A DNA stretch of 64,000 nt, from assembly GCF_009914755.1 (NCBI RefSeq), contig NC_060945.1; one strand, given 5' to 3'. The DNA comes from the human T2T-CHM13v2.0 reference genome, Homo sapiens. Positions within the stretch are counted from its first letter, which is position 1, and each line of letters opens with the position of its first letter. The position numbers and the translations under genes are program-made. The notes beneath the pieces are model-generated. The model made no database searches. It was not told where the DNA came from and was given only the letters and a program-made list of their open reading frames with translations. This document shows positions 1 to 13,961 of the stretch, in pieces.

Positions 1-791
1 TGCTAAAGTGTGTAAAACATTAAGAATCTAAAAATATGCTCATTTCCAAGTTTTGTCCCAGAGCAACTGTGCACTCTGATTATATCGCTACTGCTATTTA
101 AAGTTATCCATTTGCATGTCTAAAAAATAGATTCATACTGATTGTCCCATTTTGATCTCAAAAAACTCCTGAATATGAGAGTCGTGATCAAGGGACGCTT
201 CATGAAATGTTCCAAAGTTAAAGTGTGCAATGAAACCAGATTTATCATAGCCTTATTTAAAATAATTATTTCTAAAATTGTTATTGTTTAATTATAAACG
301 GTATCCTTTCAGGATACTTGGAAGATCCATAGCAGTGTTTTTATTTTCACAGAACAAGCATAAATTATTTATGAAATAATAACTCAGATACAGAGATTAC
401 TTCCTATTGGCCTTACATATGAATATAAATAAATACATATTATGAACATGAGCATACTTATTTTATAATTATGTAAACGCGTGTGTAATGTTATATATAA
501 GTTCAATAAAGTCATGCTTATACATGGTTTCAATTCATGCTTCTAAAAACCACTCAATGTAGTCATTATCATATGTTAATAAATAATCTCTGAAAATGTG
601 CTTCTAGTAGTTGCACAATATCCCATCATAAAGATTGTCATGCTGTTTTTAAGTCATACTTTTGGGTATATAAGTTATATCTGATATTTTTCTGCTACAT
701 ATATACTATTATAAATCTATTAGTAGCTGATTTTTTGTCAACACATATGATTGTTTCCTCACAATAGTACAAGAGTTGGTTGTAACTTTAT

Positions 792-2822
792 TTCCTTCCA
801 ACATTTATTTTAGGTTCAGCGGGTACATGTGCAGGTTTATTATACGGGTAAAATGTGTGTCAATGGGATTTGGTATACAGATTACGTAGTCATCCAGGTA
901 GCGAACGTAGTATCTAATAGGGAGTTTTTTGATCCTCACTCTCCCCCGACCCTCCACCCACAGTAGACCTTGTGTCTATTTTTCCCTTCTCTGTGTCCAT
1001 GTGGACTCAATGTTTAGCCCCCACTTATAAGTGAGAACATGCAGTGTTTGTGTGGTTTTCTGTTCCTGCATTAATTCACTTAGAATAATGGTATCCAGCT
1101 CCAATCATGTTGCTGCAAAAGACATTATTTCATCCTATGTTATAGGTGTGTAGTATTCCATGGTGTATGTACGCTGCATTTTTTTAATCCAGTCTTCTGT
1201 TAACAGGCATCTAAGTTGATTCCGTGTCTTTGCTATTGTGAATAGTGTTATAATGAAAATATGCGTACATATGTCTATGACAGAATGATTTATATTCCTT
1301 TGGGTATATACCCAATAATGGGATTGCTGGGTTGAATGGTAGTTCTGTTTTAAGTTATTTCAGAAATCTCCAAACTGCTTTCCACAATGGCTGAACAAAT
1401 TTACATTCCTGACGAAACTGGAGACTTCCCTGACTCCCCTTGGCAGGATGTGCAACAGGGGTGTGGCTTGTCTGGCCACGGTGTGTGCTGTCAAACCCCT
1501 TACTGGTCTGGGAAGCATGCAGACAGGCAGGTGCAATAGGCAGGGCAAGTGGCCATGGTACTGTCTACGGGTGGGTTCCTGCGACTCCCACAGCCCAAGT
1601 GGGCATGTGTTACAGTGCACTCTTTTAGCTTTGCCATCCACAGACGGCTTAAGTGTTAACCTGTTCAGTGCCCTCTTGGTACCCAGTTCCTTGTCCAGCA
1701 TCCAGAAAGAATTAAGTTGCACACAGACTTGAGGATGGTGAATGTGGGGGTTTTATTGAGTGGTGGAGGTGGCACTCAATGGGATGGATGGGAAGCTGGA
1801 AAGGGGATGGAATGGGAAGATGATCTTCCCCAGGAGCTTTGCCATCCAGAGGCTGATCTCTCCAACCACTGCCAGCCAAACTCCTCTTGGCATTCAGATG
1901 CTCCTTCTCTTCTTTCTGCCACATCATTCTGCAATTCTGCTCTTCTGTTCATCTCCTCATCTGCTTGTCTGCTTCTGGAGCCTGGGGTCTGGGGCATATA
2001 TGGGTACAGGACAGGGGGTGCATGGTGAGCTGAAAGACAACTTTTGGGTGCAAAAGCAGGAATGCCTGTTCCCATTTAGGGCCATGGGTTTCCAGGCTTG
2101 TGGGCAGGGCTTTGCCAGGGAACCACTCTCTTCTACCCAGTATTTCCCTGTCTCCTTTCTATATCACCACCAGCAGTGTATAAGCATTCCCTTTTTTCCA
2201 CAAACTCGGCACCGTCTGTTATGTTTTGATTTTTTAATTATAGCCATTCTGACCGGTGTGATATGGTATCTCATGGTTCTGATTTTCTGATGATTAGTGA
2301 TGTTGAGTATTTTTTCATATGGTTGTTTGCCATACATACGTTGTCTTTTGAAAAAAGAATCCACAGACGGCTTAAGTGTTAACCCGTTCAGTGCCCTCTT
2401 GGTACCCAAGTCCTTGTCCAGCATCCAGAAAGAAGTTGCACATGGACTTGAGGATGGTGAATGTGGGGGTTCATGTTCTTTGCCTATTTGTAGTGGGTTT
2501 GTTTTTTGTTTATTGATTCTTTATACATGCTAAGTATTAGACCTTTTTCAGATATGTAATTTGAAAATATTTTCTTCTGTTCTGTAGGGTGTTCTCTGTT
2601 GATAGTTTCTTTTGCTGTGCTGAAGCTCTTTAGTTTCATTAGGTTCCACTTGTCAATTCTTCTTTTTGCAATTGCTTTTGGAATCTTCATCATGAAATAT
2701 TTGCCTGCGCCTATGTCCAGAATGATATTTCCTAAGTTTTCTTCTAGGGTTTATATAGTTTTGGGTCTTACATAAGTCCTTCATCCATCTTGAGTTGATT
2801 TTTGTATATGGTGAAAGGAAGG
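792..2822 (-). mobile_element. L1 3' end (old L1PA/L1PB-type), interrupted by LTR1 and a templated insertion
   Basis: Typical antisense L1 3'UTR/ORF2 motifs (cccacttataagtgagaacatg, gggtatatacccaataatgggattgctggg, gatagtttcttttgctgtg); L1 resumes at 2167 (ccaccagcagtgt) after the LTR; truncated by satellite at ~2823. Confidence 0.9.
1410..2166 (-). mobile_element. Solo LTR, LTR1-family (ERV1)
   Basis: Minus strand begins TGATATAGAAAGGAGACAGGGAAATACTGGGTAGAAGAG, like the recalled LTR1 5' end, and ends ...GTTTCGTCA (TG...CA termini); it splits the L1 motif ttacattcc|ccaccagcag. Confidence 0.75.
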
Positions 2823-5800
2823 GAGTGTACATGCCCCTGTGATATTGTTCCTAATATCCAGGTTGGGAGAGGATATTATACTGAATATTGCAGGAAGTGT
2901 CGACCACCCTGAATGTTGCTTTTAATATCCGGGGAGAGAGGGTGATATTACTCCCAATATCATCCTCTCCCCCCACACCCTGCATAGTACAAGCAATATC
3001 AAAGGGGGTCTGTGCAACACGTGCAATATTGGGAGTAATATCCTCCCCCAACATGGATATTAGAAACAGTATCACAAGGGGTTGTACACCACCTGTGATA
3101 TTGGGGAGTACTATCATTTTCTTTCCCCATGGATATGTAGAACAATATCACAAAGGTGGTGTACAACCCCTGCTATATTGGGAGTAATACTGTACTTTCC
3201 CCACCTAGATATTAGGAACAATATCACAGGGGGTTATACACCACTGCAACATTGGGAGTAATATCATCCTTTCCCTCCCTGGATATTAGGAACAATAACT
3301 CATGGGTGTCTACACCCTGTTCCATATTGGGATTAATATTTTCTCCCTTGCTGGACATAAGGAACAATATAACGAGGGGTATACACTCCTTATGATATTG
3401 CCAGTAATATTATAGACTCCCCCCAGGGATATTAGAAAGAGTATCAGAGAGGGGTGTACATCCCCTGCGATATTGGGAATAATATTCTTTCTTTCCCTGG
3501 ATATTAGGAATAATATCACAAAGGGGTTGTATACCCCCTGTGATATTTTAATTAATATCATCTTCCCCACTGAATATTAGGAACAAATTCCCAGGGGGTT
3601 GTACACCACCTGCAATATGGACAGCTATATCATTGTCTCTCCCCCGAATATAAGGAACAATATCACAAGGGGGTTGTACAACCCCTGTGATATTGGGAGT
3701 AACTTTATACCCTTTCCACATGGATATTAGGAACAATATCACAGGGTGGTTGTACACCCACTGCGATATTGGGAGTAATATCATCCTCTACCCCCTGGGT
3801 ATTGTGAACAATATCATGGGGAGGGGGTGTATGCCCTCTGTGATATTGGGAGTAATATCATCCTGTCCCCTCTGGATATTAGGAATGATATCACAGCGGG
3901 GCTGTACCTTTTCTGCACTATTGGGAGTGGTATCACCCTCTCCCCCTATGGATATTAGGAACAATATCACAAAGGGGGTGTAGACATCCTGCGATATTGA
4001 GAGTAATATTGTCCACTCTTCCCCGAGATATTAGGAACAATATCACAGGCGGAGTGTACACCCCCTGCTATTTTACCTGTAATATTATTCTCTCCCAACC
4101 TGGATATTAGGAATAATATAACAGGAGGGGTTTACACCACCTGTGATATTGGGAGTAATATCATTCTCTCCCCCCATGGATATTGAGAACAATATCACAG
4201 GGGCGGTTTACACCTCCTGCGACATTTAGAGTAATATCATCCTTTTCCCCCATGGATATTAGGAACGATATCGCATGGGAAGTGTACACCCCCACCATAT
4301 TGGGAGTAATATTTTCTCCCTTGCTGGACATTAGGAACAATATCACGGGAATGCACACACCCTGCGATATTGCCAGTAATATCGTAGTCTCCTCCCAGGA
4401 TATTAGGAACAATATCACAAGGGGGGTGTACATGCCCTGTGATATTGGAAGTAATATCATCGACTCCCCCCACGGATATTAGTAACAATATCAGAAGGGG
4501 TGTACACCCCTTGCGATATTTATAGTACTATCATCCTATACCCCCTGGATATTAGGAACAATACCACGGGGGGTGTATACCCACTGTGATATTGGGAGTA
4601 ATTTCATCCTCTACCCCTTGGATGTTAGGAGCAGTATCACAAGGGGGGTGTGCACCCTCTGTGATATTAAAAATAATACCATTCTCTCCTTCTCTGGATA
4701 CTAGGAATAATATCACAGTGCTGGTGTGCACCCTTTACACTATTTGGAGCAATATCACCCTCTCCCCAACTTGATATTAGAGACAATATCATGGGGGGTG
4801 GCGTGTAACACCCTGCACTGTTGGGAGTACTATCATCTAGTCTTCCCCTGGATATAAGAAACAGTATCACAGAAGGGGTCTACACCTCCTGAGATTTTGG
4901 GAGTAATATCATCCTCTCCAAATCTGGATATTAAGAACAGTATAATGGGGTGTGGGGAGTAATATGGTGGGAGTAATACAATCCTCCTCCCCACTTGCTA
5001 TTAGGAACAATATCGCAAAACGTGTGTACACCCACTGTGACATTTGGAGTAATATCAACATTTCCCCACCTGGTATCACGGGGAGAGTGTACACTCCTTA
5101 CGATATTGGAAGTATCATTGTCTCTCACTCTCGATATTAGGAAAAATAGCACAGGGTGTGTATACACTTCCTGTGATTTTGGGAAGAACATCATACCCTT
5201 CTGTCTTTGATATTAGGAACAATATCACAGAGGGGGTGTACAACTTCTGTGATATTATAATATTCTTACTTCCCATGGGTATTAGGAATGATATCCCGGG
5301 GGGCTTGTTGTACACCCCCTGTGATACGGACAGTAATATCATTGTCCTTCCCCCTACATATTAGAAACAATATCACAAGGGTGGTATACACCCCCTGGAT
5401 ATTAGAAACTATCACAGGGGGGCTGTACAACCTCTTTGATACTGTGAGTAATACCATTGTCTCCCCTCCTGGGTATTAATAACAATATCATAGGGTGGGT
5501 GTACACTCCCTGCAATATTGGGAATAATATCATCCTCTCTTCCCAGGGATATTAGGAACGTTATCACAGGTGGGGTTTACACCCCCTGCAATTTTGTCAG
5601 TAATATTACTTCTGGATGTTATTGAATATATCACAGTGGGGGTGTACACCCCTGTGATATGGGGAGTAATAGCATCCTCTTTCCCACTGGATACTACAAA
5701 CAATATCGCAGATTGTGTACAACCTCCTGTGATATTGTTCACAATATTTAGGGAAGGAGAGGATGATATTACTCCACATATCGCAGGGAGTGTTACATCC

Positions 5801-6668
5801 CCTGTAATATTGTTCATAATATTTAGAAGATGACAGGATGATATTACTCCAAATATAGTAGGAAGTATACACTCCCCTGTGATACTGTTCATAATTTTTA
5901 GGGGATTAGAGGATGATATTACTTCCAATATCACAGGGAGTGTACACTGGTGATATTGTTTATAATTTTCAGTGGATTAGAAGATATTATCCCGAATATC
6001 ACAGGGGTTGTACACCCCAAGTGATATTGTTAATATCCAGTGGGAAAGAGGATGATATTACTCCCCATATCACGGGGGATGTAAACCCGTTTGTGGTATT
6101 GTCACTTACATCCGGGGGGGAGAGGATGATATTACTCTGCATATCATAGAGGGTGCACACGGCTGTAATGTTGTCCATAATAACATCCAGAGGGGAAGAG
6201 AATATTATTCCCATGTTTCAGAAGGTGTACACACCCCTGTGATAGTCTCTGTAACATTTAGGGAAGAAGGGGATGATACTACTCCAGATATTGCAGGGGG
6301 TGTACATCCCCCTGTGATACTGTTCGTAAAGTTTAGGGGGAAGAGGATGATATTACTCCCCATATCGAAGGGATTGTACATCTCCCTATATATTGTCCAT
6401 AACATGCAGGGCAGGAGAGGATATTACTACTCCCCATATCACAAGGGGGTGGACACCCCCCTCTAAATATGTCTAACATCCAGGCGGGGACAGGAGGATA
6501 TTTTTCCCCATAACCCAGAGAAAGTAAACCTCCTGTGATATTGTCCATAACATCCAGTGGGGAGAGGATGATATCACTCCCCATATTGCAGGGGGTGCAC
6601 ACTCCACTCTGATATTGGCCATAATATCCGGGGGGGTGAAGTATGAAGTCACTACACATATCGCAGGG
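2823..6668. repeat. ~76-bp tandem satellite (SATR1/SATR2-type) with internal palindrome, about 50 diverged units
   Basis: Unit ggatattaggaacaatatcacagggggtgtacaccccctgtgatattgggagtaatatcatcctctcccccct; acaatatcac recurs at 3961 and 4037 (period 76); orientation flips at ~2960 and ~5720. Confidence 0.9.
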
Positions 6669-6974
6669 ATTATTAGTATCAGATTGTTTGAAGGGTTCAC
6701 AGTAAGGATAGTAGTAGGGCGAGTTCTAACTCAAATAGGGGAAATGTGATGGCTACTAGAAAGAATTTTATGGAGAAGGGAATGTGGGCAGAGGATAGAG
6801 GGTCAAATCTGCATTCATAAGGGCTAGATTTTTCTATATATATTTATTTTATACATATATATATTTTTCTCTCTCTCTACATATATATATATTAAGTTGT
6901 GGGAGCCAAAATGTAATAATTATTAGTAAAAGGGCTAATAGGGTGTTGATTACTAGGGTTAATGTTAGGTGAAT
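6669..6974 (-). pseudogene. MTND3P: NUMT: mitochondrial ND3 pseudogene (5' ~two thirds) with an expanded (TA)n/(GA)n tract
   Basis: Minus strand reads attcacctaacattaaccctagtaatcaacaccctattagcc...gaaaaatctagcccttatgaatgcagatttgaccct...ttctccataaaattctttctagtagcc, collinear with primate ND3 (EKS.PYEC.FDP, PFSMKFFLVA). Confidence 0.92.
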
Positions 6975-7035
6975 TACTGTTTTTCGGATGCTATCAAAAC
7001 TTTGGAAATCATGGTACTATTTATACTAAAAGAGT
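6975..7035 (-). pseudogene. NUMT: mitochondrial tRNA-Gly pseudogene (degenerate)
   Basis: Minus strand actcttttagtataaatagtaccatgatttccaaagttttgatagcatccgaaaaacagta, lying between COX3 and ND3 as in the mtDNA gene order. Confidence 0.88.
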
Positions 7036-7556
7036 AAGTTCCTCATCAATAAATAGAAACATACAAGAATAGTCATACTATATCTACAAAGTGTCGATAT
7101 CAGGCAGCGGCTTCAAAGGCAAAGTGATGACTAGATGTAAAGTGGTATTTTAATTGGCGGAGAAGGCAGACTGAGGAATGTTGATCCAATAATGATGTGA
7201 ATTCTGTGAAAGCCTGTAGCTATAAAAAAATGTTGAGCCATAAATACCATCAGAAATAGCAAAGAGAGCTTTGAAGTATTCTGAGACTTGTAGGAGGGTG
7301 AAGTAAATATCTAATATAATTGTAACAAGTAGTGCTTGGATTGTATGTTTTTGATTATTTTTTTGTTAGGCTGTGATGGGCTCAAGTAATTGAAACTCCT
7401 GATGCAAGTAATACAGATGGATTCAGGAGAGGTACTTCCAGGGGGTCAAGGGGAGAAATACCTGTTGGGGGTCAATGCCCTCCTAATTCTGGAGTAGGGG
7501 CTAGGCTAGAATGGTAGAATGCTCAAAAGAATCCAGCGAAGAGGAATATTTCTGAG
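7036..7556 (-). pseudogene. MTCO3P: NUMT: mitochondrial COX3 pseudogene (3' ~520 bp)
   Basis: Minus strand contains ttcgctggattcttttgagcattctaccattctagcctagcccct (FAGFFWAFYHSSLAP, mito code), tttgaagccgctgcctgatat (FEAAAWY) and ends atttattgatgaggaactt; contains indels. Confidence 0.93.
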
Positions 7557-7708
7557 CCACCATGCCCGGGTAATTTAAAAAATTTTTTTTTCTAGAGATG
7601 GGGGTCTCACTATGTTGCTCTGGCTGATCTCAAATTCCTGGCCTCAAGTGATCTTTCTGCCACAGCTTTTTAAAGTGATGGGATTACAGTCATGAGCCAC
7701 CATGCCTA
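7553..7708 (-). mobile_element. Truncated old Alu (left arm, AluJ-like)
   Basis: tagagatgggggtctcactatgttgctc...gggattacagtcatgagccaccatgcc; cut at the NUMT junction. Confidence 0.85.
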
Positions 7709-8057
7709 GTATAGAGTGTAATATTAATTTCAAAGTCTTATTCCTAGAGCCATGTATTGACTTTGGCCTAAATAACTCAATATGATATCTCGGAAACTTT
7801 TTTTTACATATTGTGGGGAATGATAATGAGGGAAGGGTATTAGACACTTTTTACTAGGAGATAACTTTGTGCCATTTAAGGAGGAACAAAAATAAATTAT
7901 CAGAAAAATAAAAGTAAGATGAAGTACAAAAGTTCTGTGGCAAAGATGATGATAGTAAAGAATATATTTTTATGACTCATGGTAGCTTTAACATTGTTCT
8001 TAAAATTCTGAGTAATTTAAGGGTTCACATTTGAAGAATCTGATGCATTACTGATAA

Positions 8058-8582
<525 letters not shown>

Positions 8583-9045
8583 TAGAAAAAAATGGCATCT
8601 GTTTTTTCTTTTAAATATTTAAATTTCCATTATTATTATGAGAAAATCAATCTTTCAGAGTAATGATTCTCATTATGGAGTCATTTGATGATTAAGACCA
8701 GTTGGCATAGGAAAAAATTGTGATTTAGAAATTATGTGATACTTTTGAATTGGTGTTAAGCTACATTGTTCATTGATCACTTTTTCAAATTATGAATGGA
8801 TTCTATTACTTTTTATATGACCAGATTACATTAATACTAACATAATTATGATTTCAAATTTTTATAAATCAGACTTAATTCTGAATTCAGTTATTAGTTT
8901 TGATATTGCTGAAATATTTTAAGCTTCAGCTTCTTTTTTAACATATTCAGAAATGCTCTTTGAATCACTGACTCAAAATGAAAGGCAACAAACATATAAT
9001 AATTATGTTATTGTTTTAAAAGTGTATTATTTTCCTTTGTTTTAG

Positions 9046-9156
<111 letters not shown>

Positions 9157-9159
9157 TAA

Positions 9160-9258
<99 letters not shown>

Positions 9259-10529
9259 TAAGTCAAAACATACACTCAGAGAATGAATTAAGCTCATTAA
9301 TTTGTTTCAAAAGCATAATTATTAGTGAGATGGCTTCAGGATATTAGTAGGAAGTGAATGTTAATTTGACAATGTAATTTTGAAAAACAATGTTAGTAAA
9401 TAATCTTACCTTTTAATGTTAGTCAAAGATAGTTTTTGTCTCTCCTCTCATTTTTTTTGTTTGTTTTTGTATGGCTTTTTCCCCTGAAAAGTCTCATGTA
9501 ATTAAACTGATCTGTTAGTTTTTTTCACTATGTATTTTTGAAGCTTTATAATTAATGAAGTGATCCTGTTATAAAATTACTTGTCAGAATTTCCCTAAAT
9601 AGAAATATTAATGAGTTTAATTTCTTTTTCAGTGTATCACAACCTAAATGAAAAGTGGTACTGCTACTTTGGGCACAATCGTTTTTGATTGTGATCTTTA
9701 GTATTACCATCAGAGGGTGCCTCAAGAAAGACTATTTGTGTAACATATTCAAGATGTTACAGAAAGGCATCCTTGTGAAATAAGGAATAATTATCACAGG
9801 AATTTAAAGAAGGGTAATTCACAAAGCGGTTAAAAAATAACACCTTGTTCAGCCTGAAGGAGTGTGTGGAAGGCAGAAAGAACATGCCCCACCTCCTGGG
9901 CCTTGGTCACAGTGTTGGGGGCTAATTGCCTTCAGAGATGCTTTAGTTCTTTTTGATCACCAACCAGACAATCTAGTTCTCCCCTAGGAGTTGTTGCTCT
10001 GAATTATTCTTCAGTGCCAAATGTTTAATTGGTTCTAGATAATGGGTGAAATGTACAAGGGTGAAATCTAAAACTGGTTTACTAAACACAAGTACTCCTA
10101 GATTTTTTTAATTCATTTTAGTTTTCTTAACCTACATTAAGGAGTACAACATGATGTTTTGATATAATTATTTCTAGTGAAGTGGTTCTTATAATCAAGC
10201 AAATCAACATATTCATTTTCCCACATTATTGCCCTTTAAATACAAGTATTTCTAATGGAATCTTCAGAATCTTACAAGTAGAGCCATTTTAGAAGGCAGC
10301 AAATTTTGCCTGATGAGCCATACACCACTGATAGCCATTTCTCTTCCCTGTCTACTTTGTTTGAACTGCTTGTTCAGTGTAAATCACCTTAGAAACAAAG
10401 GTGCTTCTTTAGAATGATTTTAAAATTATAATTCCTTACAACAGGTATGCTCTTACACATCTTCGGTGTGAAAACACTATTTAGTGGGTAATTTGGTTTA
10501 CTCTCAGGGCAACACTTTAAATGTAATGA

Positions 10530-10691
<162 letters not shown>

Positions 10692-10694
10692 TGA

Positions 10695-10844
<150 letters not shown>

Positions 10845-11138
10845 TAGGGTTTCATTTCTCTAGCGTAATTCTTGTTTATAATTTGGTGAAATACTGAGTT
10901 GTTCTGTTGACTTTTGCATGTGAAGTAAAGATCATAATTAGCTGTGTTAACACAGAAAGGAAATGGGAATTTTACATTTTTTAATTCCCTGGAGCCCTCA
11001 TTTTCAAGAGATATACATTTGCTAACTTTATTCAATAAATGTGACTAAACTGACACATTTAAAATGTTTTTAAATCTGCATTTAAGTTAGGTTTTAGAAA
11101 TTACATGTTATTGCCTGATAACTGATGATATACTTTGA

Positions 11139-11489
<351 letters not shown>

Positions 11490-11517
11490 CATGTCACTTT
11501 TAAAGTTTCTTTGCACT

Positions 11518-11821
11518 GGCCAGGTGCTGTGGCTCATGCCTGTAATCCCAGCACTTTGGGAGGCTGAGGCAGATGTATCACGAGGTCAGGAGTTCAAGAT
11601 CAGCCTGGCCAAGATGGTGAAACTCCATCTCTACTAAAAGTACAAAAAAAATTAGTCTGCTGTGGTGGTGGGCACCTGTAATCCCAGCTACTAGGAAGGC
11701 TGAGGCAGAGAATTTCTTGAACCTGGGAGATGGAGGTTGCAGGAGCTGAGATTGCACCACTGCACTCCAGCCTGGGTGACAGGGCAAGATTCCGTCTTGA
11801 AAATAAAAAATTTAAAAAAAA
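11518..11821 (+). mobile_element. Alu (AluS)
   Basis: ggccaggtgctgtggctcatgcctgtaatcccagc...A tail; TSD aagtttctttgcac/aagtttatttgcac. Confidence 0.95.
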
Positions 11822-11999
11822 GTTTATTTGCACCATCTCAATTCTTCCCACCCATAATCACAACTGAATGATTGGCATCCAAACACTTTACCACATATGG
11901 ATGTTTATTATTTAGTAGAATCCAAAATAATTGCATTTTATTAATTAAACAAAACACTAAAATATTCAGTTCCATTTTTATGTTAAAAGCTTTGTGCTT

Positions 12000-12304
12000 G
12001 GCCAGGCACGGTGGCTCACACTTGTAATCCCAAAATTTGGGGAGGCCGAGGCAGGTGAATCACTTGAGGTCAGGAGTTTGAGAACAGCCTGGCCAACATG
12101 ATGAAACCTGTCTCCAGTAAACATACAAAAGTTAGCAAGGGGTGTTGGCAGGCATGTGTAATCTCAGATACTCAGGAGGCTGAGGCAGGAGAATCACTTG
12201 AACCCAGGAGACAGAGGTTGCAGTAAGCCAAGGTCATACCACTGCACTATAGCCTGGGTGATGGAGACTCCATCTCAAAAAAAATAAAAATAAAAAAATA
12301 AAAA
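12000..12304 (+). mobile_element. Alu (AluS)
   Basis: Full Alu; TSD tttgtgctt on both sides. Confidence 0.95.
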
Positions 12305-12339
12305 TGTTTGTGCTTTTCTTACATAAGAGTACATCTTCT

Positions 12340-13485
12340 GACTGTAAAAATCCTGGAAGAAAACCTAGGAAATTCTCCTCTAGACATCATATTTGTCAAT
12401 TAATTTATGGCTAAGTCCTCAAAAGCAATTGCAAGAATAACAAAAATTGACAAGTGTGATCCAATTTAGCTAAATAGCTTCTGCACAGCATGAGAAATTA
12501 TCACGGGATTAAACAGACAGACTAAAGAATGGAAGAAAATATTCACAAACTATGGATATAGCAAACGCCTATTATCCTATTATCCAGAATCCATAAGAGA
12601 CCTAAACAAATCAACAAGCAAAAAATAAATAACACCATGAAAAATGGGCAAAGGACATGAACAGATAGTTCTCAAAATAACAATTGTAGTGGCCAACAAA
12701 CATTAACAAATGCTTGCCGTTGCTAATTATCATAAAAATGACAAACAAAACATCAGTGAGATACCATTTCACACCAGTCACAATGACTTTTGTTAAAAAA
12801 AATAATAAATAAAAAAATAAAAAAAGATGTTGGGGAGGCTGTGGAGAAAAGTGAACACACACTGTTTGTGGCAAAGTTAATTAATTCAGCTATTCTGGAG
12901 AGCAGTTTGGAAATTAAGAAGTAAGAAAGACTGTTGGATACAGCAACCCCATTACTACACTAGAGGTATACCAGAAGGATAATAAATCATTGTAACAAAA
13001 AGATGCATACACATGTATGTTCACTGCAGCACTATTCACAATAACAAAGACGTGGAGTAAATCCAGGTGCATCCAAGGTACGTTGAAAATCCAAGATAGA
13101 TTGGAAAATTCCATATATACCATGGAATACTATGCAGCCATAAAAAGAACAAAATCACATCGTTTGCAGCAACAAGGATACAGCTGGAATCCACTCTCCT
13201 AAGCAAACCAACACAGAAATAGAAACCAAATATCTCATGTTTTCACTCACGTGGGAGCTACACATTGGGTGCACATTGTCATAAACACGGGAATAATAGA
13301 CACTGGAAAATAAGAACGGGGAGGGACAGAGTGGGCCAGGGTTGAAAAACTACTTCTTGGGTCCTATGCTCACTACCTGTGTGATGAGTTCAATTGTGCT
13401 GCAAACCTCGGCACCCCTAAATATGCCTTTGAAAGAAACCTACAGAGGTACCACGTTAATTTAGAATACAAACTAGAAAAAAAAG
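12340..13485 (+). mobile_element. L1 3' end (old L1PA/L1PB)
   Basis: aaaatcctggaagaaaacctagg...agataccatttcacaccagtca...catggaatactatgcagccataaaaag...A-rich end. Confidence 0.88.
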
Positions 13486-13586
13486 AGAAAAGTTTACTAT
13501 AAATAGAGAACAGAAATTTCTTTTTAAGATAAAATTTATTGAAGTAAAAAATGGGTTAAACTTTCATAAAGGGCAGAGTTTTCTAA

Positions 13587-13961
<375 letters not shown>

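Noticed and set aside
2823-6668. CRISPR-like array of palindromic repeats
   Set aside because: The sequence between palindromes is also repeated (no unique spacers), there are no cas genes, and the context is primate; it is a satellite.
2851-6700. Numerous 60-134 aa ORFs on both strands
   Set aside because: Translations of the 76-bp satellite with repetitive peptides and no gene structure.
6975-7035. Functional tRNA-Gly
   Set aside because: Nuclear copy of a mitochondrial tRNA with a deletion after the anticodon and a mismatched acceptor stem.
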